DNA of 12,961 nucleotides from Chthonomonadales bacterium (GCA_038217285.1 JBBQPO010000178.1:1-12961); one strand, 5' to 3'. Positions 1-8,543 are shown, numbered from the stretch's first letter. Notes: generated from the sequence alone by a model not told the origin. Numbers and translations: made by a program.

Positions 1-12
1 ATCGAGACAGCA

Positions 13-339
13 ATGGAGGCAATAAAGTCAGTGACCCAGCAACCTATTCACGAAGGTACGCCGCAGGAGCTCACGCTCTATTTGGCCCAACGCCCGCAAG
101 GGCGATTCCGCTTGATCGAACTTGAAACGGACGAAGAGCCAGCCCGAACCGCAGACGAGGCTAAACCTGTGATAGATGCCGAAAACGCCGTTGCTATGGC
201 TCTTCTCAAATCCTGGCTAGAAGAGGCTGCTACCGATGATCCGGAAGAGATCCGTAAGTCTGAGGAAGAGTATGACGAACTCAAACGCAATCTGAACGCG
301 AATCGTGCGCTCACGGGGGAAAGGCCTGTCTTTCCATGA
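13..339 (+). CDS. Putative antitoxin of a PIN-domain TA pair (acidic, ~100 aa); GTG at 31 is a plausible alternative start
   Basis: Stop overlaps the PIN gene start (ATGA at 336-339). Acidic C-terminus (EEAATDDPEEIRKSEEEYDEL). GGAGG at 15-19 precedes GTG at 31. Confidence 0.7.
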   Translation: MEAIKSVTQQPIHEGTPQELTLYLAQRPQGRFRLIELETDEEPARTADEAKPVIDAENAVAMALLKSWLEEAATDDPEEIRKSEEEYDELKRNLNANRALTGERPVFP

Positions 340-791
340 CACGTCACATTGTGCTCGACTCTTCGCCCTTAAGCGCACTGTGCCTACCACCGAAAAATTC
401 CGAATTGATCGCTATTATGCAATGGGCTACGTCCTGCGTAGGAGCAGGACACCGCCTCTACATTCCTGAAGTGATCGACTATGAACTGCGACGTGAACTT
501 CTGCGAGCCGCTAAGACAGAAAGTACTGCTCGGCTCGACAACTTGACGGCTGCCTGCCGCTATCTTCCTATCACAACCGCAGCGATGCGGCATGCCGCCG
601 ATCTATGGGCGCAAGGACGACGTAGCGGTATCCCAACCGGCGACCCGAAAAAGCTTGATATCGACGTAATCCTCGCCGCTCAGGCGCTGACATTGGCTGT
701 TCCGGCGAGCGACATCATTGTAGCAACATCAAACGTCGCTCATATTTCCCGCTTCGTCGCTGCCGAGGAATGGCGAAACATTCAGCCCTGA
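336..791 (+). CDS. PIN-domain ribonuclease (VapC-like toxin)
   Basis: PIN motifs IVLDSS, PEVIDYELRRELL, DIDVILAAQA, VATSN. 151 aa, translationally coupled to a small upstream gene. Confidence 0.88.
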   Translation: MTRHIVLDSSPLSALCLPPKNSELIAIMQWATSCVGAGHRLYIPEVIDYELRRELLRAAKTESTARLDNLTAACRYLPITTAAMRHAADLWAQGRRSGIPTGDPKKLDIDVILAAQALTLAVPASDIIVATSNVAHISRFVAAEEWRNIQP

Positions 792-865
792 CATTCACTG
801 TGCTCCTGAGCCGTTCCACCATCGTGCAGGCCATATGCCTCGAGGAGACAAATATCGGAATCAAA

Positions 866-1390
866 TCACAGTGATGTCGCGCGCTTCTTCCAGGCTTCGT
901 GCAGCAGCACGGCCTGACCTCCGTGATAAGAGTCGTGCTCGACAAGATGCGCGACGATCCAGCGATATGTCACGATGTAGTCGCGACGTGGATGCTCTGA
1001 CAGAGAGTCACGATGTTGGGCGATTGTCTCGAAAACGCCGGTTCTGGCACGGTCGAGGATGTCGAAATACCACTTGATCGGCTCCGCCGGTGGCGCGGGC
1101 CAGTTGGGGATATATTGATCCATCGTCAGGTCATACGCGATGGCCGGATCGGTTTGGTCGAGTTCGACCTTCTCGACGAACTGTTGCAGCCAGTATTGGT
1201 CGCAACTCGCCATGTGCAACAGGAGGCCCCCGATGCTTGGCCCGTCGGGATAGATTTGCCATGTGACCGCTTCGGGCGACGGCGATCCCAGGTTATCGCG
1301 CCACTCGCGTGTGCCATCTTTCCAGGTCGCCAACAGGATCCCCAGGTCTGACGGCAGAGCGGGATCGGGTTCAATGTCTAAACGCTTCAT
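866..1390 (-). CDS. DinB/YfiT-superfamily protein (putative metal-dependent thiol transferase)
   Basis: SIGGLLLHMA and RWIVAHLVEHDSYHGGQ His motifs. RBS AAGGAGG upstream of the ATG. Confidence 0.88.
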   Translation of the reverse strand: MKRLDIEPDPALPSDLGILLATWKDGTREWRDNLGSPSPEAVTWQIYPDGPSIGGLLLHMASCDQYWLQQFVEKVELDQTDPAIAYDLTMDQYIPNWPAPPAEPIKWYFDILDRARTGVFETIAQHRDSLSEHPRRDYIVTYRWIVAHLVEHDSYHGGQAVLLHEAWKKRATSL

Positions 1391-1420
1391 AAAGACGCCT
1401 CCTTTTCTATGGTTACGAAT

Positions 1421-1456
1421 CAGGCCAATTCCCTTTTGGAGAATTGGCCTGTTTTT
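1421..1456 (+). terminator. Intrinsic terminator-like hairpin, T-tract on + strand
   Basis: CAGGCCAATTC (1421-1431) and GAATTGGCCTG (1441-1451) form an 11-bp stem, followed by TTTTT. Confidence 0.65.
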
Positions 1457-1482
1457 GTTGGTCCGCTTATCCTCGGGGAGCG

Positions 1483-4017
1483 TTAGCCGCGTTCGGCTTC
1501 GACGCGGGCGACGTAGCGGCAGAGGAGTTCGTTGGCCTTTTCGGGGGTATCGCTTTCGGCGTAGACGTGGAAGAAGGGTTCTGAGGCGTCCGGCAGCACC
1601 AGCGCCCAGTCCTCATCCTCGTAGAACTTGATGCCGTCGATCAGCTCGACACGCCGCCCGCTCTCGCCCGAAAGCGTATGCGCCTCTTTCGTGAGAGCGC
1701 CCATGACGCGGCCTTTCGCCTCCCACGGGCAGCGGATCATCGTATGCGCGATATGGGCTTCGGGCAGTTCCGCCGCAAGCTCGGAGATGTTGAGGTCGGT
1801 GGTCGCCAGCAGCTCCATCAGCTTGCCGAAGCCGTACATGGCGTCGAAGGTCGGCTGGAACTCCGCGAAGATGAAGCCACCCGCGTCATCGCCCGCGAAA
1901 TCGACGCGCCCCGGCCGATTGGCATCTCCAACGCAGAGCGCCATCAGTTCGCGCATGTCGGTTCGTGTCCGCGTCACCAGGCCGCCGTGCAGACCTACCA
2001 GCGTCTCGATCGCGCGCGGGGCCGTTACCGGCACCGCGATCTTCGCCCGCTCACGTGTACGCGCCACCAGCACCGACATGAGCGCCAGGAGTTTGTTGCC
2101 CTCGATCACATTGCCGTACTCGTCCACCAGCGTCATGCGTTCGCCGTCCGCTTCGAACAGCACCCCGAGGTCGGCGCGCAGCGTCTGCACGATCTGCGCC
2201 AGATTGGGAAGCAGACCCTGCCGCGCGTCCGGCGTCTTGGGCGTCTTCGAAACGTCCGGATAGGCGTTGAGCGCGATAAGGTCGCAGCCCATCTTCCCCA
2301 GCATCGTCGGGTAGACATTCGCCAGCCGCCCGAAGGCGAAGTCCGCCACCACCTTCAGGTTGCGCGTCTTCACCTGCTTGATATCCAGATGGTGGTAGAA
2401 CGATTCGGCGTACTGCTCCACGCCGCGGCCCGCAAACTCCAACTGGCCGACCTGATTGGCATCGACCCGCCGGAAATCCTCTCGGAAGAAGATCGTCTCG
2501 ACCTTGCGTTCGGCGTTTTTGGAGAGATAGACGCCCTGCTCGTCGAAAAATTCGATCAACGCCATTTTGGGATTGTCGGGTGCGAGACGGATATGGACGC
2601 CGCCGCTGGCCTGCGTTCCCAGAATACCGTGCCGCGCGATCGGCAGAGGCATGGAGCGCATATCCAGCACATTCACGCCGACGGAGAGCAGGCCGGAGAT
2701 CATCGCGCGTTTCAGCATGCGGGCGACCGGCCCGGAATCACGGCTTGTGACGACGGTTGCGCCGCGCTTCAAGTAGCCGCCGAACGATGCGCCCAGTTTG
2801 CAGGCGAGATCGGGCGTCAGTTCGATGTTCGCAATGCCCATCACGCCCTGCCCCCGGAAGAGGGAGCCCGCCCATTTCTGGCCCCAAATCAGGCTCATCG
2901 TGACGGTGCTGCCCGCCTCGATCAGTTTGTCGGGCCAGAGCTTGATCTGTGTGCGGATCGTGCTATCGTCCTCGATGCGACAGCGCGAACCGATGACCGC
3001 GCCCTCCTGAATGACGACATTGCTCTTGATCTGAACGTGGGAGCAGACAGTACAGCCCGTCAGATGCGATTCGGCGCCGATATAGACGTTGTCCCAGAGA
3101 ACGCTGCGCTGTACCTCGGCCTTCTCCTCGATGATGGCGTTGTCGCCGATGACCGAGTAGGGGCCGACGATAGCGTGGGCCTTGATCTTGCAGTTCTTGC
3201 CGAGGACGACGGGCGGGCGTATATGCGCCGTCGGGTCGATGTCCTGCCCCTCTCCGATCCAGACTCCTTGGCTCCGATAGTCTGTCGAGAGACCTTCATG
3301 CACATGCGTATGGCCATCCATGACGGTGTACTGCGCCTCGCGATACTGCTGCAGGTTGCCCACATCGCACCAGTAGTCGTTCATTACGTAGCCGAACAGG
3401 GCCTTGTTCTCCGCGAGAATCTGCGGGAAGATGTCCTGGCTCCAGTCGTAGTTCTTCCCCATCTCCATATAGTCGAAAATCGAGGGTTCCAGGATATACA
3501 TTCCGGTATTGACGGTGTCGGAGAAGACCTCGCCCCAGGAGGGTTTTTCCAGGAAACGACGGATATGGCCGCCGTCGTCGATGATGACGACGCCGAACTC
3601 CAGCGGATTGGGAACGTGGGAGAGAACGATGGTGGCAAGGCTCTGCTTGTCGCGGTGAAACTTGATGGCGGTTTCAATGTTGATGTCGGTCAGGGCGTCA
3701 CCGCTGATGATCAGGAAGGCGTCGTCGCGTAAGAACTCTTCCGCCTGTTTGACGCTGCCGGCGGTGCCGAGCGGCGTGTCCTCGACCGAATAGACGATAT
3801 TGACTCCCCACTCGGAGCCGTCCCCGAAATAGTTCTCTATCTCGTCCGCCAGATAGTGTAGTGTGACGACGATGTCGATGATGCCGTACTGCTTGAGCAG
3901 CAGCACGATATGCTCCATGATGGGCATATTCAGAGCCGGAGTAAGTGGCTTGGGGCGTTGGGAGGTCAGCGGACGCAGGCGCGTTCCTTCACCACCGGCC
4001 ATGATGACAGCTTTCAT
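1483..4017 (-). CDS. Mannose-1-phosphate guanylyltransferase family protein: NTP-transferase + hexapeptide LbH + phosphomannomutase-like domains (844 aa; TTG 4059 or ATG 4050 are possible alternative starts)
   Basis: MKAVIMAGGEGTRLRPLT..PKP signature, EDTPLGTAGSV, FLEKP, YWCDVG, hexapeptide repeats (IVGPYSVIGDNAIIEE), then a PGM/PMM fold (LFRGQGVMG, VVTSRD, DGIKF..WALVLPDASEP). Confidence 0.92.
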   Translation of the reverse strand: MKAVIMAGGEGTRLRPLTSQRPKPLTPALNMPIMEHIVLLLKQYGIIDIVVTLHYLADEIENYFGDGSEWGVNIVYSVEDTPLGTAGSVKQAEEFLRDDAFLIISGDALTDINIETAIKFHRDKQSLATIVLSHVPNPLEFGVVIIDDGGHIRRFLEKPSWGEVFSDTVNTGMYILEPSIFDYMEMGKNYDWSQDIFPQILAENKALFGYVMNDYWCDVGNLQQYREAQYTVMDGHTHVHEGLSTDYRSQGVWIGEGQDIDPTAHIRPPVVLGKNCKIKAHAIVGPYSVIGDNAIIEEKAEVQRSVLWDNVYIGAESHLTGCTVCSHVQIKSNVVIQEGAVIGSRCRIEDDSTIRTQIKLWPDKLIEAGSTVTMSLIWGQKWAGSLFRGQGVMGIANIELTPDLACKLGASFGGYLKRGATVVTSRDSGPVARMLKRAMISGLLSVGVNVLDMRSMPLPIARHGILGTQASGGVHIRLAPDNPKMALIEFFDEQGVYLSKNAERKVETIFFREDFRRVDANQVGQLEFAGRGVEQYAESFYHHLDIKQVKTRNLKVVADFAFGRLANVYPTMLGKMGCDLIALNAYPDVSKTPKTPDARQGLLPNLAQIVQTLRADLGVLFEADGERMTLVDEYGNVIEGNKLLALMSVLVARTRERAKIAVPVTAPRAIETLVGLHGGLVTRTRTDMRELMALCVGDANRPGRVDFAGDDAGGFIFAEFQPTFDAMYGFGKLMELLATTDLNISELAAELPEAHIAHTMIRCPWEAKGRVMGALTKEAHTLSGESGRRVELIDGIKFYEDEDWALVLPDASEPFFHVYAESDTPEKANELLCRYVARVEAERG

Positions 4018-4204
4018 AGAGACCCCCGTTCCGGGCGACGTGCGTTGCATTGTCGGCAACGCCGCCTCCTCATTTCGCTCATATTCGAATTTACCGCACA
4101 GATGTGATAGCTCACTATTCGCTTTCATGAGCGAACGTCCCTGCACTCTTTTTCGGAAACGCACCGCATCGGGTCAAGATTCCCCGTAAACCTCCGCGCC
4201 CAGA

Positions 4205-4672
4205 TCACGCATCCACTTTGCCACGGTTCGTATCGCCGAGTCCAAACCGTTCCAACGCGCCGAAAAGCGCCAGGGCGCCGCCGACAAGCGCCACCATGAC
4301 TCCGGCCTCCAGGGCGAAGCGTGCTACGGGGATGAGCAGGCAGAGCGCCGCAGAAGTGATATGAATGGCAGCCCATCGCGCCCGGTTGGACGGCTTCGGC
4401 ACAGCCAGCAGGCTGGCTCCACAGAGGACCGCGCAAAACGTCAGGGGCCAGCGCAGGGGCAGTCCGAAGCCGATGACCGCGAAATCGGAAGGGGGATTGA
4501 TGATCAACGTCGCGGGCATGGAGTGCAGCAGCGTCTGGGAGACCGGCTCCCGCTTCCAGGTCAGGAACAGGCTTGCGACGCACAGGGTCATCCCGACCAG
4601 AGTCGCGATTTCGGCGCGGGACAGCACAGGGCGCGGGCGCTCCGCTATGGACTTGTCAGGCTCTGAGTTCAC
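4205..4672 (-). CDS. Hypothetical integral membrane protein (~4 TM segments); GTG start at 4672 is uncertain
   Basis: Four hydrophobic stretches (IATLVGMTLCVASLFLTW; WPLTFCAVLCGASLLAV; WAAIHITSAALCLLIPVA; GVMVALVGGALALFGAL). Co-oriented with both neighbours. Confidence 0.7.
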   Translation of the reverse strand: MNSEPDKSIAERPRPVLSRAEIATLVGMTLCVASLFLTWKREPVSQTLLHSMPATLIINPPSDFAVIGFGLPLRWPLTFCAVLCGASLLAVPKPSNRARWAAIHITSAALCLLIPVARFALEAGVMVALVGGALALFGALERFGLGDTNRGKVDA

Positions 4673-4734
4673 ACGCTCGTTTTTCCACAGGGGAGTGGCA
4701 AAATCCTGCTGATTCCCGTTATTGAATAACAGTG

Positions 4735-5649
4735 TTATTCGACCGGGAGTTCCTCGCGCTCGGCCCACTCGTTCCAGGAGCCATCGTAGTTGGTGAGGCG
4801 CAGAAAACCCAGGAGGGAGAGTACAAAGAGGGCGGAGGTGGCGGCGACGCCGCCGTTGCAGTAGGCGACGATGCGGTCGGTGGGCTGTGCTCCTGCCGCC
4901 TCGACGATCAACTGAAGTTCCGGAGTGCTTCGAAAGAGGCCGTCCGGCTGAAAGAAGGCTTCGCGGGGCAGATGTTTCGCGCCGGGGATATGGCCGCCGC
5001 GTTTGCCGCGGCGAATGCGTCCGCTGTACTGCCCCTCATCACGCGCGTCCAGGAGCAGGACGCCCTCGGCATGCAGCAGTCCCAAAACCTCCTCCGCCGT
5101 GGCCCGCCACTCCGGCTGCGGGTGCGGGCTGAAAATGGTGGGGGGATAGGCGGGAACGGCCGCTGTCGTCGGCCTACCCTCCCGTGTCCATTTCGCCCAG
5201 CCGCCATTCAGCACACGCACATTCGTGTGTCCGTAGTAGCGCAGCGCCCACCAGAAGCGTGTGGCGAACTGCGCCGCAGGATGGGCGTCGTAGACAACGA
5301 TCTCCTGATCGTCACCGAGGCCCACCGCCTCGAGGACCTGCCGCATCTTCCGGGCTCCCGCGACCTGCGCCGGCACCGGAGCGTCGAGATCGACAATGTC
5401 CTGCGTCCAGTCGAGATAGACAGCTCCCGGAATATGGGCGACGGCATACTCTTCCGCAGCGCCCGTGTAAACGGCGGTCTGAGAGCCATCCGCCTCTGTC
5501 TGCGTCCGCACATAGCCCCGCATGTCCACAATGCGCAGTTCCGGGGCACGGGCCTCCATAAACGTCGCCAACTCCCCTGTTTCCAGGAGGTGCAGGGATC
5601 GCCTTCTCTCCCGCGCGCTGCGGGAGCTCTCTCCACCAATTTCGTCCAT
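4735..5649 (-). CDS. Two-domain rhodanese/sulfurtransferase (SseA/3-mercaptopyruvate sulfurtransferase-like)
   Basis: HIPGAVYLDW, VRVLNGGWAKW, LLDAR, GGHIPGA, catalytic YCNGGVAA, C-terminal YDGSWNEW. RBS GGGAGG 6 nt before ATG 5649 (ATG 5655 is the alternative). Confidence 0.93.
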   Translation of the reverse strand: MDEIGGESSRSARERRRSLHLLETGELATFMEARAPELRIVDMRGYVRTQTEADGSQTAVYTGAAEEYAVAHIPGAVYLDWTQDIVDLDAPVPAQVAGARKMRQVLEAVGLGDDQEIVVYDAHPAAQFATRFWWALRYYGHTNVRVLNGGWAKWTREGRPTTAAVPAYPPTIFSPHPQPEWRATAEEVLGLLHAEGVLLLDARDEGQYSGRIRRGKRGGHIPGAKHLPREAFFQPDGLFRSTPELQLIVEAAGAQPTDRIVAYCNGGVAATSALFVLSLLGFLRLTNYDGSWNEWAEREELPVE

Positions 5650-5802
5650 CTTCATCCTCCCAAAAAAATCCCGGCATTTCTGCGCGAGAACTGTTAGATT
5701 GTGCGGTTTTGCTCCGTTCTTCTTATCAGAACGGCCTGACGAACGGGCTGTTACTGCGCCGGGTGCGCTGAGGCGCCCCCTTGTGATAGAAGGAGAATCT
5801 CG

Positions 5803-6126
5803 ATGAACACTCTTACTGCCCGCTTGCGCCGTTTTTCTCGCATTACCGTGTCTTCTCTCTCACTGTTGGTACTGGCGGTTTCCATCGCCCTGGCAGAAGG
5901 CTGGGGTGATATCGGCGGTCCGCCTAAATCCTCCCCGTCCACCGTGACCAGTTCCCACATCATCTACGTGGATGGAAGCGAACTCACCGCTACGGGAACC
6001 TACACTGCCGGCGGCGCGGCCCATTCGGTTCCTTCGGCCACGTACGACATGGCCGGCAATCTGAACTACTCCGAAGGCACCACGCTCTATCCAGATGGAA
6101 CCTGGTCGCGTATTCCCCCTCCGTAA
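5803..6126 (+). CDS. Small secreted protein of unknown function (107 aa, signal peptide ~31 aa)
   Basis: RBS AAGGAG. Basic N-region (RLRRFSR), hydrophobic core (SLSLLVLAVSI), ALA|EG cleavage site, Gly/Ser/Thr-rich mature part. Followed by a strong hairpin. Confidence 0.75.
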   Translation: MNTLTARLRRFSRITVSSLSLLVLAVSIALAEGWGDIGGPPKSSPSTVTSSHIIYVDGSELTATGTYTAGGAAHSVPSATYDMAGNLNYSEGTTLYPDGTWSRIPPP

Positions 6127-6197
6127 AGACCGATCCGAATGGAGCGTAGAGGCCGGTGGAGTCGCTACGCCGCAAACTTGCATCGTCTACAACAGAG

Positions 6198-6244
6198 ACG
6201 CCCTTTCGTCGCGCGAACTGCGACGAAAGGGCGTTGGTTTTGTT
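6198..6244 (+). terminator. Intrinsic terminator between convergent genes (possibly bidirectional)
   Basis: Perfect 15-bp inverted repeat ACGCCCTTTCGTCGC (6198-6212) / GCGACGAAAGGGCGT (6220-6234), followed by TGGTTTTGTT. Confidence 0.8.
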
Positions 6245-6257
6245 GCGTGCACCGGCT

Positions 6258-6311
6258 CAAAACGTTATTTGAACCGCTATTACCCAAAACGTTATTTGAA
6301 CCGCTATTACC
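6258..6311. repeat. Perfect 27-bp tandem duplication CAAAACGTTATTTGAACCGCTATTACC x2
   Basis: Read directly: 6258-6284 and 6285-6311. Confidence 0.95.
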
Positions 6312-8307
6312 CTTTTCCGTTGCCGTTTTTCTTACCCAGGGCAGGTTTCTGCGTGATCTGCATCCAGCGAGCGCTTTCCAGCAGGACGGTGGTCTCCTGG
6401 CGGTCGCCCTCCGACAGGGCGAACTGCGACAGTTTCGCGAACACGTCCGATACTTCCGGATGACGCTGCTGGAAGTGAACGGCTTCCGACTGGGTGAGGG
6501 TGGCCAGCATGCGGGTCAGAGTCTGAGCTGCGTCGCGAATGGCGGCGAAGCCTTCCCCTGGGCCGAGGCGGGTGGCTCGCAGAGTCCCCTCCAGATAGAG
6601 AGCCTGCCACTCCAGCGAAGGCAGGTGAACCCGCCGCCCTGCGAACAGACTCGGCAGATCTACCTCCGGCGAGAGCATTAGTTCCGGCACGTTGTCGATC
6701 TCCTCGCCCAGCAGCCTTTGCAGTCCGACACCGCCGTCCGCCGTCAGTTCCAGAGCGGCGTGGGCTTCCCGCTCGGCGGCCTCGCCATCTTCCTGTCGGA
6801 AGTAGCAGCGAGCGAGAGCAAGGTGGGCGGCGACCTGTTCGGCCACGGAGTCGGCTTTGGTGGCGAAATCCATCGACTGGCTGGCTTCGGCAAAGGCCTG
6901 ACGGAGGGCCTCTTTCGCACCGGCCTCGTTACCGCCGGTCCGCGCCTCTTCCTCCTTGCGCAGGAAGGCGCGCGAGCGTAGTTCCCGTACCTGAGCGATT
7001 TCGCGCAGCCGTTTCGACGTTTTCGCCTCGTCCAGCGCTTCCTGCGTGTAGTCTAAAGCATCGTTCCACTGTCCTGCCGCCAGATAGGTCTCTGCGAGAG
7101 CCATGGAGGCGATGATGGTCGGGCGCGCGGAGCGTACTTTGTTGGCGATTCGCATTGCAGCGCGCGCGTTTTCTTTGGCGCTGTCGAGATGTCCCATCGT
7201 CACCAGCACATCGGCGAGCAGGGCGCGGGCGACGCTGAGTCGTCCTTCGTCCTCGAAGAGGAAGCCAGCCAGCACGGAAGCCAGCTCCAGGCGCTGTTTG
7301 GCTTCGCCAAAGCGTCCCATCAGCGTGCAGCACTGCGCGATCTCGATGATGGATTCCAGGAAAGCGTCGGCCTTGCGCTCCGTGGTGGCCTGCTGCAGGC
7401 AGCGGCTCCAGAGCATGATCGCCTCTTCGTAGTGACCGGCGGCACGGACGATGTCCGCGAGGTTGCCGATCAGGGAGAGCAGGGCTTTGGGGGAGCGCTT
7501 CTCGGGTTCGATCTTTTCGAGGTACCCGGCGGCCCGGCAGAAGCTCTTGAGCGCCCCGGAGTGGTCATGCTGTCGGAAAGCGAGCATGCCCATTTCGAGA
7601 TGGGTACGATAGAGAATATCCGGGTCGCTTCCGCCCGCCAGCTCGTCGAGATAGGCCCGCGCCGTATCGAAGTTGCCCTGATGCAGATAGGCGTCGGCGA
7701 GCGCCAGCGTCAACATCTGACGGTGGTCGTCCGGGCCTTCGCTCAGGAAGATGTCTCGGGCCGTGAGGAAGTTCTGTTCGGCTCCGGCGAAATCGTTCTC
7801 TTCCGCCTTCAGCGTCGCAAGTTTCCAGAGGGCGTTGGCCTCCTGTCTCTGATTTCCCGTGGCATGGGCTAGGGCGAATATCTGTTCCAGGGAGGAGCGA
7901 TAGGCCGCGCGGTCACGCTCCGGCTTGTTTTGAGCCGTCGCGAGTGTTAATAGTTGCTTGAGTTCCGAACCGATGCGCAGCCGGGCCGCAGGCTCCCCGC
8001 TGGGGGCGTTGAGCACCGAGATGCCCCCCTCGGGCGACGGCTGGTCGGCGGCCAGACCGAACGCAGAACGACCGTCCTTTTCGGGATCGAAGAAATCGGT
8101 GTGGACCCGCGTGACCGCCGCGATCCGTTCGACCAGATCGGGCGGGATCGAGGTGATGCCACGCACGTACTGATAGATCATCGAGGGCTTCGTCTCGCAG
8201 GCTTGCGCCAACTCCTTGAGAGAAAGGCCAGACTGTGTGGCGGCGACCTTGATCCGTTCGCCCACACGCGCCCGCTTTTCGGGCGTATTGAGTTTTGCTT
8301 GTCTCAC
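6307..8307 (-). CDS. XRE-family HTH transcriptional regulator with long TPR array (666 aa)
   Basis: N-terminal HTH_3 pattern (GERIK..GLSLKELAQAC.TKPSMIYQYVRG..IPPDLVERIA) followed by many TPR-like helix pairs (LALADAYLHQGNFDTARAYL; LAETYLAAGQWNDALDY). RBS GAGGAG before GTG. Confidence 0.88.
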   Translation of the reverse strand: MRQAKLNTPEKRARVGERIKVAATQSGLSLKELAQACETKPSMIYQYVRGITSIPPDLVERIAAVTRVHTDFFDPEKDGRSAFGLAADQPSPEGGISVLNAPSGEPAARLRIGSELKQLLTLATAQNKPERDRAAYRSSLEQIFALAHATGNQRQEANALWKLATLKAEENDFAGAEQNFLTARDIFLSEGPDDHRQMLTLALADAYLHQGNFDTARAYLDELAGGSDPDILYRTHLEMGMLAFRQHDHSGALKSFCRAAGYLEKIEPEKRSPKALLSLIGNLADIVRAAGHYEEAIMLWSRCLQQATTERKADAFLESIIEIAQCCTLMGRFGEAKQRLELASVLAGFLFEDEGRLSVARALLADVLVTMGHLDSAKENARAAMRIANKVRSARPTIIASMALAETYLAAGQWNDALDYTQEALDEAKTSKRLREIAQVRELRSRAFLRKEEEARTGGNEAGAKEALRQAFAEASQSMDFATKADSVAEQVAAHLALARCYFRQEDGEAAEREAHAALELTADGGVGLQRLLGEEIDNVPELMLSPEVDLPSLFAGRRVHLPSLEWQALYLEGTLRATRLGPGEGFAAIRDAAQTLTRMLATLTQSEAVHFQQRHPEVSDVFAKLSQFALSEGDRQETTVLLESARWMQITQKPALGKKNGNGKG

Positions 8308-8515
8308 ACTCTTCTCCTCTGTACCGCTCTATTCGCGGTACGCACCATGAAAGGCACCCACTCGATTAAGAGATGCCCTGCTATCTTTTCCGCTTACAGC
8401 CAGCGTGCTGGACATACCAATAAGGGCAGACATCGAACTGCCGAATTTGTGATGGACAGATAAAAAATAATACGAACGAGAACCACGCGAGAGCGGCCAG
8501 GATACGTAAGGGCTC

Positions 8516-8543
8516 ACACTACATTTTCTACAATCCCTTGCAA
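8516..8543 (-). promoter_or_regulatory. Possible sigma70-type promoter for the XRE-TPR gene
   Basis: Minus strand TTGCAA-16 nt-TAGTGT in an AT-rich intergenic stretch. Confidence 0.3.

Noticed and set aside
1678..3732. 684-aa + strand ORF
   Set aside because: Antisense shadow of the nucleotidyltransferase gene, typical of high-GC codon bias, with no motifs.
4060..4164. N-terminal extension of the 893-aa ORF to 4164
   Set aside because: The family signature begins at MKAVIMAGG and RBS-like sites lie at or below ~4071, so the extension is probably non-coding.
4732..5697. 321-aa + strand ORF
   Set aside because: Antisense to the clearly supported rhodanese gene.
5714..5734. Inverted repeat CCGTTCT-N7-AGAACGG in the divergent promoter region
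   Set aside because: Only 7-bp arms and the opposite half-site arrangement to the 8585 repeat, so it cannot be separated from chance.
5803..5850. Tat signal in the small secreted protein (LRRFS)
   Set aside because: Does not fit S/T-R-R-x-F-L-K; more consistent with an ordinary Sec signal peptide.
8347..8463. 38-codon + strand ORF divergent from the XRE-TPR gene as a pheromone candidate
   Set aside because: No RBS and no hydrophobic signal-like segment.
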